From Candidatus Parcubacteria bacterium (lineage in GTDB: Bacteria > Patescibacteriota > Minisyncoccia > Phycocordibacterales > Zambryskibacteraceae): 64,000 nt of DNA. The stretch's first letter is position 1. Each line of letters begins with the position of its first letter. Location: positions 11,545 through 75,544 of the forward strand of contig JAIFWP010000001.1 of NCBI GenBank assembly GCA_019661785.1, written 5' to 3'. The notes below the pieces were generated by a model, which was not told the DNA's origin, did not search any database, and saw only the letters and a program-made list of their open reading frames with translations. Below, in pieces: positions 9,702 through 18,800 of this stretch. The position numbers were made by a program, and so were the translations under genes.

Positions 9702-10659
9702 GGCCCTCTATTTCTTCGCGAGTGAGGAGGCCCTTCTGAGCGCCGATCTGCTGCACGACGGACATTGAGTTAATCATGGCCCAGGACATGGCGGTGTCGA
9801 GGTCTTTGCCAAGAGCCATGGCGGCCACGGTGGTTGCGGCGAAGGCGTCTCCGGCTCCGGTGCGGTCGAGCGGCGGTTTAGGGTCCGGATACGGGTCTTT
9901 GAACGTGACCTTCTCCCCGTCATAGGCATAAGCGCCCGTAGGTCCATCAGTGATGACTACGACCTTCGGTCCAAGCTCATGGATCCTTTTCAATAACTCT
10001 TCAATACCAAGCGTGTCTATACCAAGTATCTTCTCGGCCTCCTCAACATTGCAGAAGAAGATATCCGCTCTCTTGTATAGCCTTGCTAGCTTGTCCTTGC
10101 CTAGAGATATCTCATTCTTGCCAGGCTGGAAGGCGAATTTGGTCATGCTGTGAGTGCCCAAGTAGTCTGCGACAAACTCGTGGAAGGGGTAAGCCGTCTC
10201 CGCGACTGAGCTGAAGTAGAGCCACTTGGGTTCGCCCACATTAGGCATGTCGTAGTCATGCTTCTCGTGTTTAATAAGTATGGTGCGGTCTGGCGGGTAC
10301 CAAAGCACGTAGTGATAGTTGGTTTTGACGCCTTTGTTCACTTTTATAAAATCGGCATCCACTTTATCCGCTAATAGAGCAGCAAGGCAGTCGCGGCCGT
10401 TCTGGTCGTCGCCGACATTCGACACCAAGGCCGAGCGGAGTCCGAGTCGAGCAGCAGCCACAGCGGCATTAGCCGCATTGCCTACAGCAGGGATTACAGT
10501 CACATCCTCGTAAGGAATCTTCTCTGCGAAGGGCAGGCATATCTTGTAGTCAGCGTGGTCCGGAGTGCCGGTTATCTCGGCGTTCTTAAGCCTTATGAAG
10601 GCATCTATAACAGTATCGCCAATAGCCACAAAGTCGTGCATTTGACCCAATTGTATCAT
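9691..10659 (-). CDS. PfkB-family carbohydrate/nucleoside kinase (ribokinase-like)
   Basis: C-terminal PfkB signature DRTGAGDAFAATTVAAMALG and N-terminal GxGD region. Shares its neighbourhood with the pentose-phosphate genes. Confidence 0.85.
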   Translation of the reverse strand: MIQLGQMHDFVAIGDTVIDAFIRLKNAEITGTPDHADYKICLPFAEKIPYEDVTVIPAVGNAANAAVAAARLGLRSALVSNVGDDQNGRDCLAALLADKVDADFIKVNKGVKTNYHYVLWYPPDRTILIKHEKHDYDMPNVGEPKWLYFSSVAETAYPFHEFVADYLGTHSMTKFAFQPGKNEISLGKDKLARLYKRADIFFCNVEEAEKILGIDTLGIEELLKRIHELGPKVVVITDGPTGAYAYDGEKVTFKDPYPDPKPPLDRTGAGDAFAATTVAAMALGKDLDTAMSWAMINSMSVVQQIGAQKGLLTREEIEGLSS

Positions 10660-10674
10660 GCTAAGATAAGCCTA

Positions 10675-11526
10675 ATGAAGAGTCTTAAAGAACAGATAGA
10701 GTGGGCCAGTGGGAAAGGTGTCGCCATAGGACACTTCAATGTCTCGGACTCGGAGGGCTTCAATGCCGTGGTGAGCGCCGCTACCGAGCTTGGCGTACCA
10801 GTCATCATCGGAGTGTCGGAGAAGGAGAGGAGCTTCCTCGGTGTAGCCGAGATACGAGCGCTCGTCACTGCCGAGCAGGGCAAGGGCTTGCCTGTGTACT
10901 TAAACGCGGACCATACCTACTCAGTAGAGGCCTCCAAGGAAGCGGTGGATAACCACTTCGACTCGGTCATCATCGACGGAGCCGAGAAGCCTTTCTTTGA
11001 GAATGTGATGATGACTAAAGAGGTGGTGAACTATGCTAAAGAAAAATATCCAGACATCTTAGTTGAGGGTGAGCTAGGCTTCATTGGTACAGGCTCAATG
11101 ATGCGAGATGAGATACCTGACGGAGTGTCGCTAGAGACCCAGACTACTGCCAAGGATGCCAAGAGCTTCGTCGACGAGACCTGTGTAGACCTCTTTGCCC
11201 CCTCTGTGGGCAATATCCACGGCCTTGTGAAAGGGGGCGAGCCTAAGTTGAATATTAAAAGGATTAAGGAGATAGCTAAGGCCGTATCAGTGCCTCTAGT
11301 CCTCCATGGCGCCTCAGGCAACACCGACGAGGAGGTCGCGGCTGCAATAGACGCAGGTATACTCATAGTACACATCAATACGGAACTAAGACTGGCTTAT
11401 AAAAAAGGCATCAAGAAAGGCATGTCCTCCGACGAAGCCGCCCCGTACAAATTCATGGCCGAAGGTGTCGAAGAAATGAAAAAACTCGCCACCCAGAAAC
11501 TCAGGGTATTTAATAAGATGCAATGA
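10675..11526 (+). CDS. fba: Class II fructose/tagatose-bisphosphate aldolase
   Basis: GVAIGHFNVSD, LHGASG and GILIVHINTELR class II aldolase blocks. ATG at 10675, only 15 nt from the divergent kinase start. Confidence 0.85.
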   Translation: MKSLKEQIEWASGKGVAIGHFNVSDSEGFNAVVSAATELGVPVIIGVSEKERSFLGVAEIRALVTAEQGKGLPVYLNADHTYSVEASKEAVDNHFDSVIIDGAEKPFFENVMMTKEVVNYAKEKYPDILVEGELGFIGTGSMMRDEIPDGVSLETQTTAKDAKSFVDETCVDLFAPSVGNIHGLVKGGEPKLNIKRIKEIAKAVSVPLVLHGASGNTDEEVAAAIDAGILIVHINTELRLAYKKGIKKGMSSDEAAPYKFMAEGVEEMKKLATQKLRVFNKMQ

Positions 11527-11816
11527 AGAGTATCTCGCTGGTTGTCTTTGCCGGACTTGTTATTATCGTGGGGTTCTTTTTCATACATGGGTCAGTAATC
11601 ATTAAAAAAGTTCCACTTACTGATCAGGAGGAAGCGTGTTTAAATGAGTTGCTACCAGTAGCTTTTGACGGAAAAGGGCAAGGCAAGGGATTTGTATACG
11701 TTACGAGTAAGGAAGATAACAAGATTTATCTTAAACTCTATGCTTTCGGGGAATTTGACTCAAATTGGATTGCCGAATGTCCTGGCGGGATAGGAAGAGC
11801 TGAGTTAATGAATTAA
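11523..11816 (+). CDS. Hypothetical small membrane-anchored protein
   Basis: 97 aa with N-terminal TM helix, overlapping ATGA junctions with both flanking genes. Confidence 0.45.
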   Translation: MKSISLVVFAGLVIIVGFFFIHGSVIIKKVPLTDQEEACLNELLPVAFDGKGQGKGFVYVTSKEDNKIYLKLYAFGEFDSNWIAECPGGIGRAELMN

Positions 11817-13412
11817 ATGAAAGACCAGATACAGAAATTCTTTAAGGGGGAGGTATTGGATGATGAGGCGACTTTGAAAACGTATAGCAAGGACGCGAGT
11901 TTGTTTGTGGTAAGGCCAAAATTGGTCGTGTTTCCTAAAGACGCTTTAGATTTGGAGAATTTGGTGAAGTGGGTTTCTGAAAATAAAGCTGAGGACCCGA
12001 CGCTGTCGCTCACTATCCGCGCGGCGGGGAGTGACATGAGCGGCGGGCCGCTTAACGAGAGCATCATAGCGGACGTGACCAAGCATATGGGTAAGATTGG
12101 CGAGATAAATGAGAGGGGGACAGTGGTAGAGCCGGGCGCCTTCTACAGAGACTTTGAAGTTAAGACCCTTGAGAAGGGCCTCATATTGCCCTGCTACCCA
12201 GCGTCGAAGAACTTATGCGCTCTTGGCGGGCAAATTGCTAATAACGGCGCAGGGGAGAAGACCTTGCGATACGGCAAAATGGAGAATTTCGTTGTGGAGA
12301 CCAAAATGATTTTCGCAGACGGCAAGGAGTACAGAGTGAAGGCTCTCAGCAAGGACGAGCTCGACGACAAGATATACCAAGGAGGCTTCGAGGGCGGAGT
12401 ATATGAGAAGCTCTATGACCTCATATTGAAAAATTACGAGTTGATACAAAACGCTAAGCCCAAAGTCTCCAAGAACTCCGCCGGTTACTACCTCTGGAAT
12501 GTCTGGAAAGATGGCATCTTCGACCTTAATAAATTAATCGTCGGCTCACAGGGCACATTGGGAGTTATTACGGAGGCTAAAATCAAACTCGTACCAGTTG
12601 AGCCCATCTCGCGACTCTTCGTCATCTTCCTTAAGGACTTAGAGCCCTTGGCAAGCGTGGTAAATGAGATTCTGCCTACTAACCCGGAGTCTATAGAGTG
12701 CTTTGACGACGCCTCAATGAAGCTCGCCGTGAGGTTCCTGCCCAAATATATACTCCGATTCCTCCCCGAGGCGTTTATGATTCTCCGTGGAGGCGTGCCC
12801 AAGCTCATAATGCTTGTGGAATACTCGGGCAAGACTGAGGAGGAAGTGGGGGAGAAGCTCAAGGCCTTGGAGGAGAAGATAAAGCACTTCGGCCTACAGA
12901 TGCACCGAGCCCATTCAGAGTCTGAGTCGGAGAAATATTGGACCATGCGCCGAGAGAGCTTCAACCTGCTCAGGAAGCATATTAAGAACGCTCGCACAGC
13001 GCCCTTTGTCGACGACGTAGTTGTGGGGCCCGAGGATATGCCGAGCTTCCTCCCCAAGATGCGGGCCATCCTCGACAGCTACAAATTGAACTACACCATC
13101 GCTGGCCACGCAGGCGATGGCAACTTCCACGTCATACCGCTGATGAATATGAAAAATCGCTCCAATGTGCAGGTGATAAAGGAAGTGGGAGAGAAGATAT
13201 ACGACCTGGTGGGCAAGTACCACGGCTCCATCACTGGCGAGCACAACGATGGCATAGTCCGCACACCATATTTGAACAAAATGTACTCTCGGGAAGTCCT
13301 AGACCTCTTCAAAAAGACTAAAGAGATATTTGACCCGCAAAACATATTTAATCCAGGCAAAAAAGTGGGTGGAACTGTCGACTACCTGACATCCCACATA
13401 GCTATAGAATGA
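11817..13412 (+). CDS. FAD-linked oxidase (GlcD/D-lactate dehydrogenase family)
   Basis: PCMH-type FAD-binding domain (RAAGSDMSGG, CALGGQIANNGAG) and C-terminal FAD-oxidase domain (HAGDGNFHV). 531 aa. Confidence 0.85.
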   Translation: MKDQIQKFFKGEVLDDEATLKTYSKDASLFVVRPKLVVFPKDALDLENLVKWVSENKAEDPTLSLTIRAAGSDMSGGPLNESIIADVTKHMGKIGEINERGTVVEPGAFYRDFEVKTLEKGLILPCYPASKNLCALGGQIANNGAGEKTLRYGKMENFVVETKMIFADGKEYRVKALSKDELDDKIYQGGFEGGVYEKLYDLILKNYELIQNAKPKVSKNSAGYYLWNVWKDGIFDLNKLIVGSQGTLGVITEAKIKLVPVEPISRLFVIFLKDLEPLASVVNEILPTNPESIECFDDASMKLAVRFLPKYILRFLPEAFMILRGGVPKLIMLVEYSGKTEEEVGEKLKALEEKIKHFGLQMHRAHSESESEKYWTMRRESFNLLRKHIKNARTAPFVDDVVVGPEDMPSFLPKMRAILDSYKLNYTIAGHAGDGNFHVIPLMNMKNRSNVQVIKEVGEKIYDLVGKYHGSITGEHNDGIVRTPYLNKMYSREVLDLFKKTKEIFDPQNIFNPGKKVGGTVDYLTSHIAIE

Positions 13413-13445
13413 CGAACCGCTCAGCTTTTGCTGAGCGGTTTGCGG
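13413..13445. terminator. Bidirectional hairpin terminator
   Basis: aaccgctcagc-ttttg-ctgagcggtt perfect 11-bp stem with T-run, directly after the oxidase stop. Confidence 0.6.
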
Positions 13446-13678
13446 GAGTGCCTCTTGAGCTTTTTGAGCATCGTTTCGTACACACGAACTCTCTCCCGAA
13501 TCCTTGATATGTGGGAGGAATCTGTTGCTGTAGCAAGCGCAGACTTGACAGTGCGGAGATGGCGATGAATCTCGTCTCGATTGTTCAGCACGCGAGCTCC
13601 ATTGTGATGGTGAACAAATGCGATCTGCACCTATCTTTTCACCTTGATTCAAGGCCGTCAATAGGGTAGGATGTGGAT

Positions 13679-14353
13679 ATGCTCTCCCTTAAAGTAGAGA
13701 CCAGAGACTTAAAGACGAAACCAGAGGATATACGCAAAGCGGGCTTCATCCCCGCCGTCTTTTATGGCAAGAAGGAGAAAAGCACTCCTATTTCCATTGC
13801 TAAAGCAGACTTCGTTAAGGCCTGGAAGACGGCCGGCGAGTCTACTGTGGTCTCACTTGAGACTCCTGAGGGTTCCGTGGAGAGCCTCATACATGATATT
13901 GATTTCGACCCAGTCACCGGAGCTCCGCGACATGCGGACTTCTACGTGTTCGAGAAGGGTCACAAGGTTAAGGTCGAGGTGCCTATAGAGTTCACTGGCG
14001 TATCGCCTGCTGTGAAGGACCAGGGCGGTACTCTGGTGAAGGTGCTCTACGCGCTTAAGATTGAGGCTATGCCTCGAGACTTGCCGCACGGTATTGAGAT
14101 AGACATCTCGCCTCTCACGACCTTTGAGAGCCAGATACTCGCCAAGGACATATCCATGCCCGAAGGCGTGACTCTCCTAGAGAACCCTGAGGAGGTAGTC
14201 GCTCTTGTCTCTGCTCCTCGCGAGGAGAAGGAGGAGGAAGCAGCTCCAGTCGACCTCTCGGCTATCGAAGTAGAGAAGAAGGGCAAGGAAGAGACTCCAG
14301 AGGATGCGGAAGCGGCAGCCGAGGCAGCACCCAAGGACAAAGCTCAGTCTTAA
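13679..14353 (+). CDS. rplY: Ribosomal protein L25 (Ctc form, acidic C-terminal extension)
   Basis: L25 N-domain (FIPAVFYGKKE...PRHADFYVF) followed by a Glu/Ala-rich tail. Alternative ATG at 13673. Confidence 0.85.
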   Translation: MLSLKVETRDLKTKPEDIRKAGFIPAVFYGKKEKSTPISIAKADFVKAWKTAGESTVVSLETPEGSVESLIHDIDFDPVTGAPRHADFYVFEKGHKVKVEVPIEFTGVSPAVKDQGGTLVKVLYALKIEAMPRDLPHGIEIDISPLTTFESQILAKDISMPEGVTLLENPEEVVALVSAPREEKEEEAAPVDLSAIEVEKKGKEETPEDAEAAAEAAPKDKAQS

Positions 14354-14362
14354 GCTCACTCA

Positions 14363-15742
14363 ATGAAGCTCATTAACAGGTTTCTCCCTATTTTTCTTAT
14401 TTTTGCTGTTTTTGGCATTTCATTTTTTGATATCTTTCCTCACTCAGCACTTGCCCAAGCGGCTGACCCTTGTAACTCCGGTACTGTAGGCAAGTCGAAC
14501 GCCGAGCTCCAGGCTGACCTAGATGCCTGTAACGTCGAGATCGCCAAGTGGACCGACATATTGAACAGTACTAAGAAGAACACGGCCTCCTATGCCACCG
14601 AGGTCTCTAAGCTCACAGCGAAGATTAACGCCGCCAAGGCCACTATCAATGCCAAGAACAAGGCCATAGCGAGCCTCAATACGAACATCACTCAGAAGCA
14701 GACTCAAATCAACACTCTGCAGAGTCAGATAGCCGCGGACAGCGAGTCGGTGGCTGAGCTCCTAAGGAAGACCAATGAGATAGACGCCTTCTCTGTCGCT
14801 GAGGCCGTGCTCTCGGACAAGGACTTCTCCACCTTCTTTGCCGATGTTGGCGCATACTCGACGACTAGAGCCTCGCTCCTTGCTATTGTCGATAACCTAA
14901 GAGGCGTGAAGAGCCAGACAGAGACGCAGAAGATAGAACTCGCCAAGCAGCGAGATGCTGAGGCTGATGCCAAGGCTGTCATCGAGGCCAACAAGAAGAA
15001 GGTTGAAGCCAGCCAAGCAGAGCAGAAGACCCTTCTCACTCAGAGCCAGAACCAGGAGAAGGCCTTTACCCAAGTTGTCGCCGACAAGAAGGCCAAGGCT
15101 GAGGCTATACGCACAGCCCTCTTCGGCCTGCGCGACTCTGCGGCCATACCGTTCGGCACAGCACTCGGCTATGCGCAGACCGCTAGCACGAAGACCGGAG
15201 TAAGACCCGCTCTCATACTCGCCATATTGCAGCAAGAGTCCAACTTGGGGGCGAATGTAGGTACCTGCGTCATCACTGACCTCTCCTCCGGGCAAACGAG
15301 GAATGTGAACAGCGGCAAGGTATATGCGAACGGCATCCACCCCACTCGCGACCTGCCTCTGCTACAGGCCTTGCTGCCTGCCCTTGGTCGTGACCCGCTC
15401 ACGACCAAGGTTTCTTGCCCATTATCCATAGGCTATGGCGGTGCCATGGGACCGGCGCAATTCATCCCCTCGACTTGGAACATTATGAGGAACCAGATAG
15501 CCACCTATACAGGCAAGACCTCGCCTGACCCTTGGGACCCGGCGGATGCCATAATGGCTCTAGCAATACTCCTCAAGAACAACGGCGCCAGCGCCGGCAC
15601 ATATACCGCCGAGAGGACAGCGGCTTGCAGATACTACGGCGGCGGCACAAGCTGTACCTCGACTACGGGGGTCTACGGCAACCAAGTCATGAGCCGGGTG
15701 ACCAACATCCAGGCCAATATCGATGTGTTGCAGGATAGCTAA
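14363..15742 (+). CDS. Secreted coiled-coil protein with C-terminal lytic transglycosylase (SLT/MltB-like) domain
   Basis: Signal/TM N-terminus, about 250 aa of heptad-rich Ala/Lys/Gln repeats, then ILAILQQESNLG and AMGPAQFIPSTW typical of lytic murein transglycosylases. Confidence 0.7.
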   Translation: MKLINRFLPIFLIFAVFGISFFDIFPHSALAQAADPCNSGTVGKSNAELQADLDACNVEIAKWTDILNSTKKNTASYATEVSKLTAKINAAKATINAKNKAIASLNTNITQKQTQINTLQSQIAADSESVAELLRKTNEIDAFSVAEAVLSDKDFSTFFADVGAYSTTRASLLAIVDNLRGVKSQTETQKIELAKQRDAEADAKAVIEANKKKVEASQAEQKTLLTQSQNQEKAFTQVVADKKAKAEAIRTALFGLRDSAAIPFGTALGYAQTASTKTGVRPALILAILQQESNLGANVGTCVITDLSSGQTRNVNSGKVYANGIHPTRDLPLLQALLPALGRDPLTTKVSCPLSIGYGGAMGPAQFIPSTWNIMRNQIATYTGKTSPDPWDPADAIMALAILLKNNGASAGTYTAERTAACRYYGGGTSCTSTTGVYGNQVMSRVTNIQANIDVLQDS

Positions 15743-15766
15743 AATACTGTTAAAGTAGCCCCACAA

Positions 15767-16042
15767 ATGAAGAAAGGAATACACGCCAAGGAGTACCGCC
15801 CAGTCCTCTTCAAGGACAACGGCAATGGTACCGAATACATCATCCCTTCCACGGTAGCTACCAAGGAGGAGGCCAAGGCTAAGGATGGCAAGACCTATCC
15901 GCTCTTCCGCGTGGAAATCTCCTCTTCCTCGCACCCTTTCTACACCGGACAGGAGAAGGTCCTCGACTCCGCTGGCCGCGTCGAACGCTTCAAGCAGAAG
16001 CAGGCCAAAGCGGGTACTAAGAAAACCAAGAGCGGAAAATAG
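15767..16042 (+). CDS. rpmE: Ribosomal protein L31 (Cys-less type B)
   Basis: [10 protein letters not shown]...GRVERF with no CxxC zinc motif. Confidence 0.88.
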   Translation: MKKGIHAKEYRPVLFKDNGNGTEYIIPSTVATKEEAKAKDGKTYPLFRVEISSSSHPFYTGQEKVLDSAGRVERFKQKQAKAGTKKTKSGK

Positions 16043-16128
16043 ATTTCCTTAGCACACAACTATTTCTTGCTAGAAATGTTGCTCACGCTCGGCCCGTCGG
16101 CCTGCGCGAGGCTAGATAAATCTATTTT
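16037..16128 (+). repeat. Long inverted repeat / extended terminator hairpin after rpmE
   Basis: aaaatagattt at 16037-16047 pairs with aaatctatttt at 16118-16128 (perfect 11 nt). A GC-rich inner hairpin (ctcggcccgtcggcc...cgag) and a T-rich tract follow. Confidence 0.5.
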
Positions 16129-16197
16129 CCGCTCTTGTTTAAAACAGAACTCCGTGACGTACGAAAATTTACTTCTCTTTTTTGCTAAGATAAAGCC

Positions 16198-17157
16198 ATG
16201 AATCCCGATATCCAAAGATACAAAGACAACCCTCGCACTGCGTACATCGCGGATACTTTGGTGCGCCTTTTGGATGAAGAGACGGAGACGAAGAAGATGC
16301 TCGCGGATGAGAGTATGAAGGCCATGGCTGAGGACGAGCTCGCCCGCATAGAGATCGAGAAGCAAGCTGTCATAAAGGAGATGGACGAGATACTCAAAGC
16401 GGAGGAGAAGGAGGAAGAGTTCCCAAACGAAGTCATCCTCGAGGTCCGTGCCGGTGCTGGAGGCGATGAGGCATCGCTCTTCGCCAAGGAGCTCGCTGAT
16501 ATGTACCGCGGATATGCCAAGCTCGTAGGTTGGGGAGTAGAGCCCTTGGATGAGTCGCTCTCTAGTGCTGGTGGATACAAGGAAGCGAGCTTCGAGATAC
16601 GCGGACTAGATGTATATAAGAAGCTCCGCTTCGAGACAGGGGTGCACCGCATACAGCGAGTGCCGGATACGGAGAAGATGGGCCGAGTCCATACCTCCAC
16701 GGCCTCGGTAGCCATACTCCCTTTGCGTAAGAGGACGACGATAGAGATAAAGCCGTCTGACATCGAGATAGAGACCTCCCGCTCGGGCGGGGCAGGCGGG
16801 CAAAATGTGAACAAGGTCGAGACTGCCGTGCGCATCATCCACAAGGCTACCGGCATAGACGTGCGTTCGACCTCGCAGAGGAGCCAGCTTAAGAATAGGG
16901 AAGCCGCCATGAGTATCCTCCTTGCTAAACTCCAAGCCAAGAAGGACGAGGAGGAAGCTGCCAAGTACTCAGGCGAGCGCAAAAGCCAAATAGGTACTGC
17001 GGATAGGTCTGAGAAGATACGCACCTACAACATCCTCCAAGACCGCATTACCGACCACCGTATCAAGCAGGATTGGCACAATATCGAGAAGATATTCCAG
17101 GGCTATATGGAGCCAATAATCGACGCCCTGCAAGCAGAAAACGACAAATCTGCTTGA
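16198..17157 (+). CDS. prfA: Peptide chain release factor 1
   Basis: GGQ motif ([17 protein letters not shown]) and PDT tripeptide at the RF1 PxT position. Confidence 0.9.
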   Translation: MNPDIQRYKDNPRTAYIADTLVRLLDEETETKKMLADESMKAMAEDELARIEIEKQAVIKEMDEILKAEEKEEEFPNEVILEVRAGAGGDEASLFAKELADMYRGYAKLVGWGVEPLDESLSSAGGYKEASFEIRGLDVYKKLRFETGVHRIQRVPDTEKMGRVHTSTASVAILPLRKRTTIEIKPSDIEIETSRSGGAGGQNVNKVETAVRIIHKATGIDVRSTSQRSQLKNREAAMSILLAKLQAKKDEEEAAKYSGERKSQIGTADRSEKIRTYNILQDRITDHRIKQDWHNIEKIFQGYMEPIIDALQAENDKSA

Positions 17158-17159
17158 CA

Positions 17160-17545
17160 TTACTGTTGAGCTATGATAGAGTGAAAGAGTACAGGCGATC
17201 CTCGGCTTGCACTGAGTCCGTAAGGACAAGATAGTGGAACAGGGGCAACTCTGGGTGGCCCGGTGCCCAGAGCCAATAGGGGGCTAGTCTCCGACACGAT
17301 ACCCAAAGTCGGGGATGAAATGGGTAAGGCCCAGCGTCGCTGCGTTGGGAACACCGAAATATCAGCGCGTTCCGATGGGCATGCAGGATTGAGTCGACTC
17401 AGTCATGTGCCCATCGGGACGACAGTTCCTTTTTCACAATTCAACCGGAGATCGTCACGTGACGAGTCAACGGCTTCACCGGCCCCGCTTTGGCGGAGAC
17501 CCGTAGAAAACAACCCACGCTTACAAACGTGGGTTTTCTATTGCC
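17160..17545 (+). ncRNA. Candidate structured ncRNA (possible rnpB-like) with its own terminator
   Basis: About 385 nt gene-free with multiple stable hairpins (17248-17271, 17382-17428, 17453-17464). aaagUcgggg (17316-25) is complementary to ccccgcttt (17478-86) with a single bulged U, as in RNase P helix P4. GAUGAAAUGGGUAAGG resembles CR-II/III. It ends in a strong terminator before rpsB. Confidence 0.3.
17512..17540 (+). terminator. Rho-independent terminator upstream of rpsB
   Basis: aacccacg-cttacaaa-cgtgggtt followed by ttct. Confidence 0.65.
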
Positions 17546-17595
17546 TAAGTTGCCAATCTGAGCCCTTTTTGGTACTATTGTGAACGCACTAATAA

Positions 17596-18309
17596 ATGGC
17601 TACCAACACCAAAAACGGCGGATTGATAGATGAGCTCTTCAAGGCGGGAGCTCATTTCGGCTTTGTCAAAAGCCGCCGCCACCCCTCCGCCAAGCCCTTC
17701 ATCTTCGGAGAGAAGGATAAGGTCGAAATCTTCGACCTAGAGAAGACTTCAGAGGCGCTTGTGAAGGCACAGACCTTCCTCGAGGAGAAGGGCAAGGAAA
17801 ATGCTCTCATCCTCATCGTCGGCGGCAAGTCTGAGGCTCGCGAGGCCGTCAAGGCTTCCGGCAGAGAGCTTGGTATGCCCTTCGTCGCTGGTCGCTGGAT
17901 AGGCGGCACTCTCACGAACTACTCCGAGATAAAGAAGCGCATCCAGAAGCTCGAAGACCTCACCACTCAGCGCGAGAAGGGCGAGCTAGGCAAGTACACC
18001 AAGAAGGAGCGTCTTTTGATTGATAGAGAGATAGACCGTCTCACTCTCTACTTCAGTGGTCTCTCGACCTTGAAGTCTCTTCCTAAGGTCCTCCTCGTCG
18101 TCGACCCTAAGCGTGAGCACATCGCTGTGTCTGAGGCTAAGCAGCTCCGCATCCCAGTCGTGGCTGTCGCTGGCTCTGACAACAACCTCTTCGAGGTGAA
18201 CTACGCTGTGCCTTGTAACGACGCCTCACAGCACTCTGTATCGTTTATAATGAAGAAGCTTGTCGAGGCTTACAAAGCTGGCAAGGCATCCATAAAGAAG
18301 GAGGAATAA
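17596..18309 (+). CDS. rpsB: Ribosomal protein S2
   Basis: GAHFGFVKSRRHPSAKPFIFG and the rest of the S2 fold. 237 aa. Confidence 0.95.
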   Translation: MATNTKNGGLIDELFKAGAHFGFVKSRRHPSAKPFIFGEKDKVEIFDLEKTSEALVKAQTFLEEKGKENALILIVGGKSEAREAVKASGRELGMPFVAGRWIGGTLTNYSEIKKRIQKLEDLTTQREKGELGKYTKKERLLIDREIDRLTLYFSGLSTLKSLPKVLLVVDPKREHIAVSEAKQLRIPVVAVAGSDNNLFEVNYAVPCNDASQHSVSFIMKKLVEAYKAGKASIKKEE

Positions 18310-18314
18310 AAGTA

Positions 18315-18776
18315 ATGACCGATATTACCACAGCTGACATCAAGGCCCTTCGCGAGGAGACAGGTCTCTCCATCGCTGAGTGCCGCAAGGCTCTCGAGGA
18401 GTCTAAGGGCGACAAGGCCGGAGCCCTTGAAATACTCAAGAATAGGAGCGTCGAGATAGCAGCCAAGAAGGGTGACCGAGCCCTCGGCTCTGGCACTGTA
18501 GCGAGCTACATCCACAATGCTGGTGCCTCAGGCACTTTGGTCGAGCTCTCATGCGAGACGGACTTCGTCTCGAAGAACGAAGAGTTCAAGAACATCGCCC
18601 GAGATATTGCTCTTCACATCGCAGCCATGAATCCAACGGACGTCTCAGAGCTCCTCACCCAGCCCTTTGTGAAGAGTCCCGACAAAACCATCCAGGACGT
18701 AGTGAACGGCGTTATACAGAAGTTCGGCGAGCGCACAGAGATACGCCGCTTCGCCCGATTCGCTGTCTCGGAGTAG
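18315..18776 (+). CDS. tsf: Elongation factor Ts (short form)
   Basis: N-terminal UBA-like TADIKALREETGLSIAECRKAL and SYIHNAGASGTLVELSCETDFV. Classic rpsB-tsf linkage. Confidence 0.85.
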   Translation: MTDITTADIKALREETGLSIAECRKALEESKGDKAGALEILKNRSVEIAAKKGDRALGSGTVASYIHNAGASGTLVELSCETDFVSKNEEFKNIARDIALHIAAMNPTDVSELLTQPFVKSPDKTIQDVVNGVIQKFGERTEIRRFARFAVSE

Positions 18777-18800
18777 TTCTTAGACCGTTTCTCCCACACA

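Noticed and set aside
10555-10674. N-terminal 40-codon extension of the aldolase ORF (MVRSAGYLGV...).
   Set aside because: It overlaps the divergent kinase gene and lacks aldolase homology. The aldolase alignment begins at MKSLKEQIEWA (ATG 10675).
13421-13630. 69-aa basic ORF (minus strand) in the oxidase-rplY intergenic region; also the 120-aa ORF 13299-13661.
   Set aside because: Reads through the bidirectional terminator hairpin and into the oxidase 3' end. Codon third positions are AT-rich, unlike neighbouring genes. The region more plausibly holds the rplY promoter (TTGATT-17-TAGGAT).
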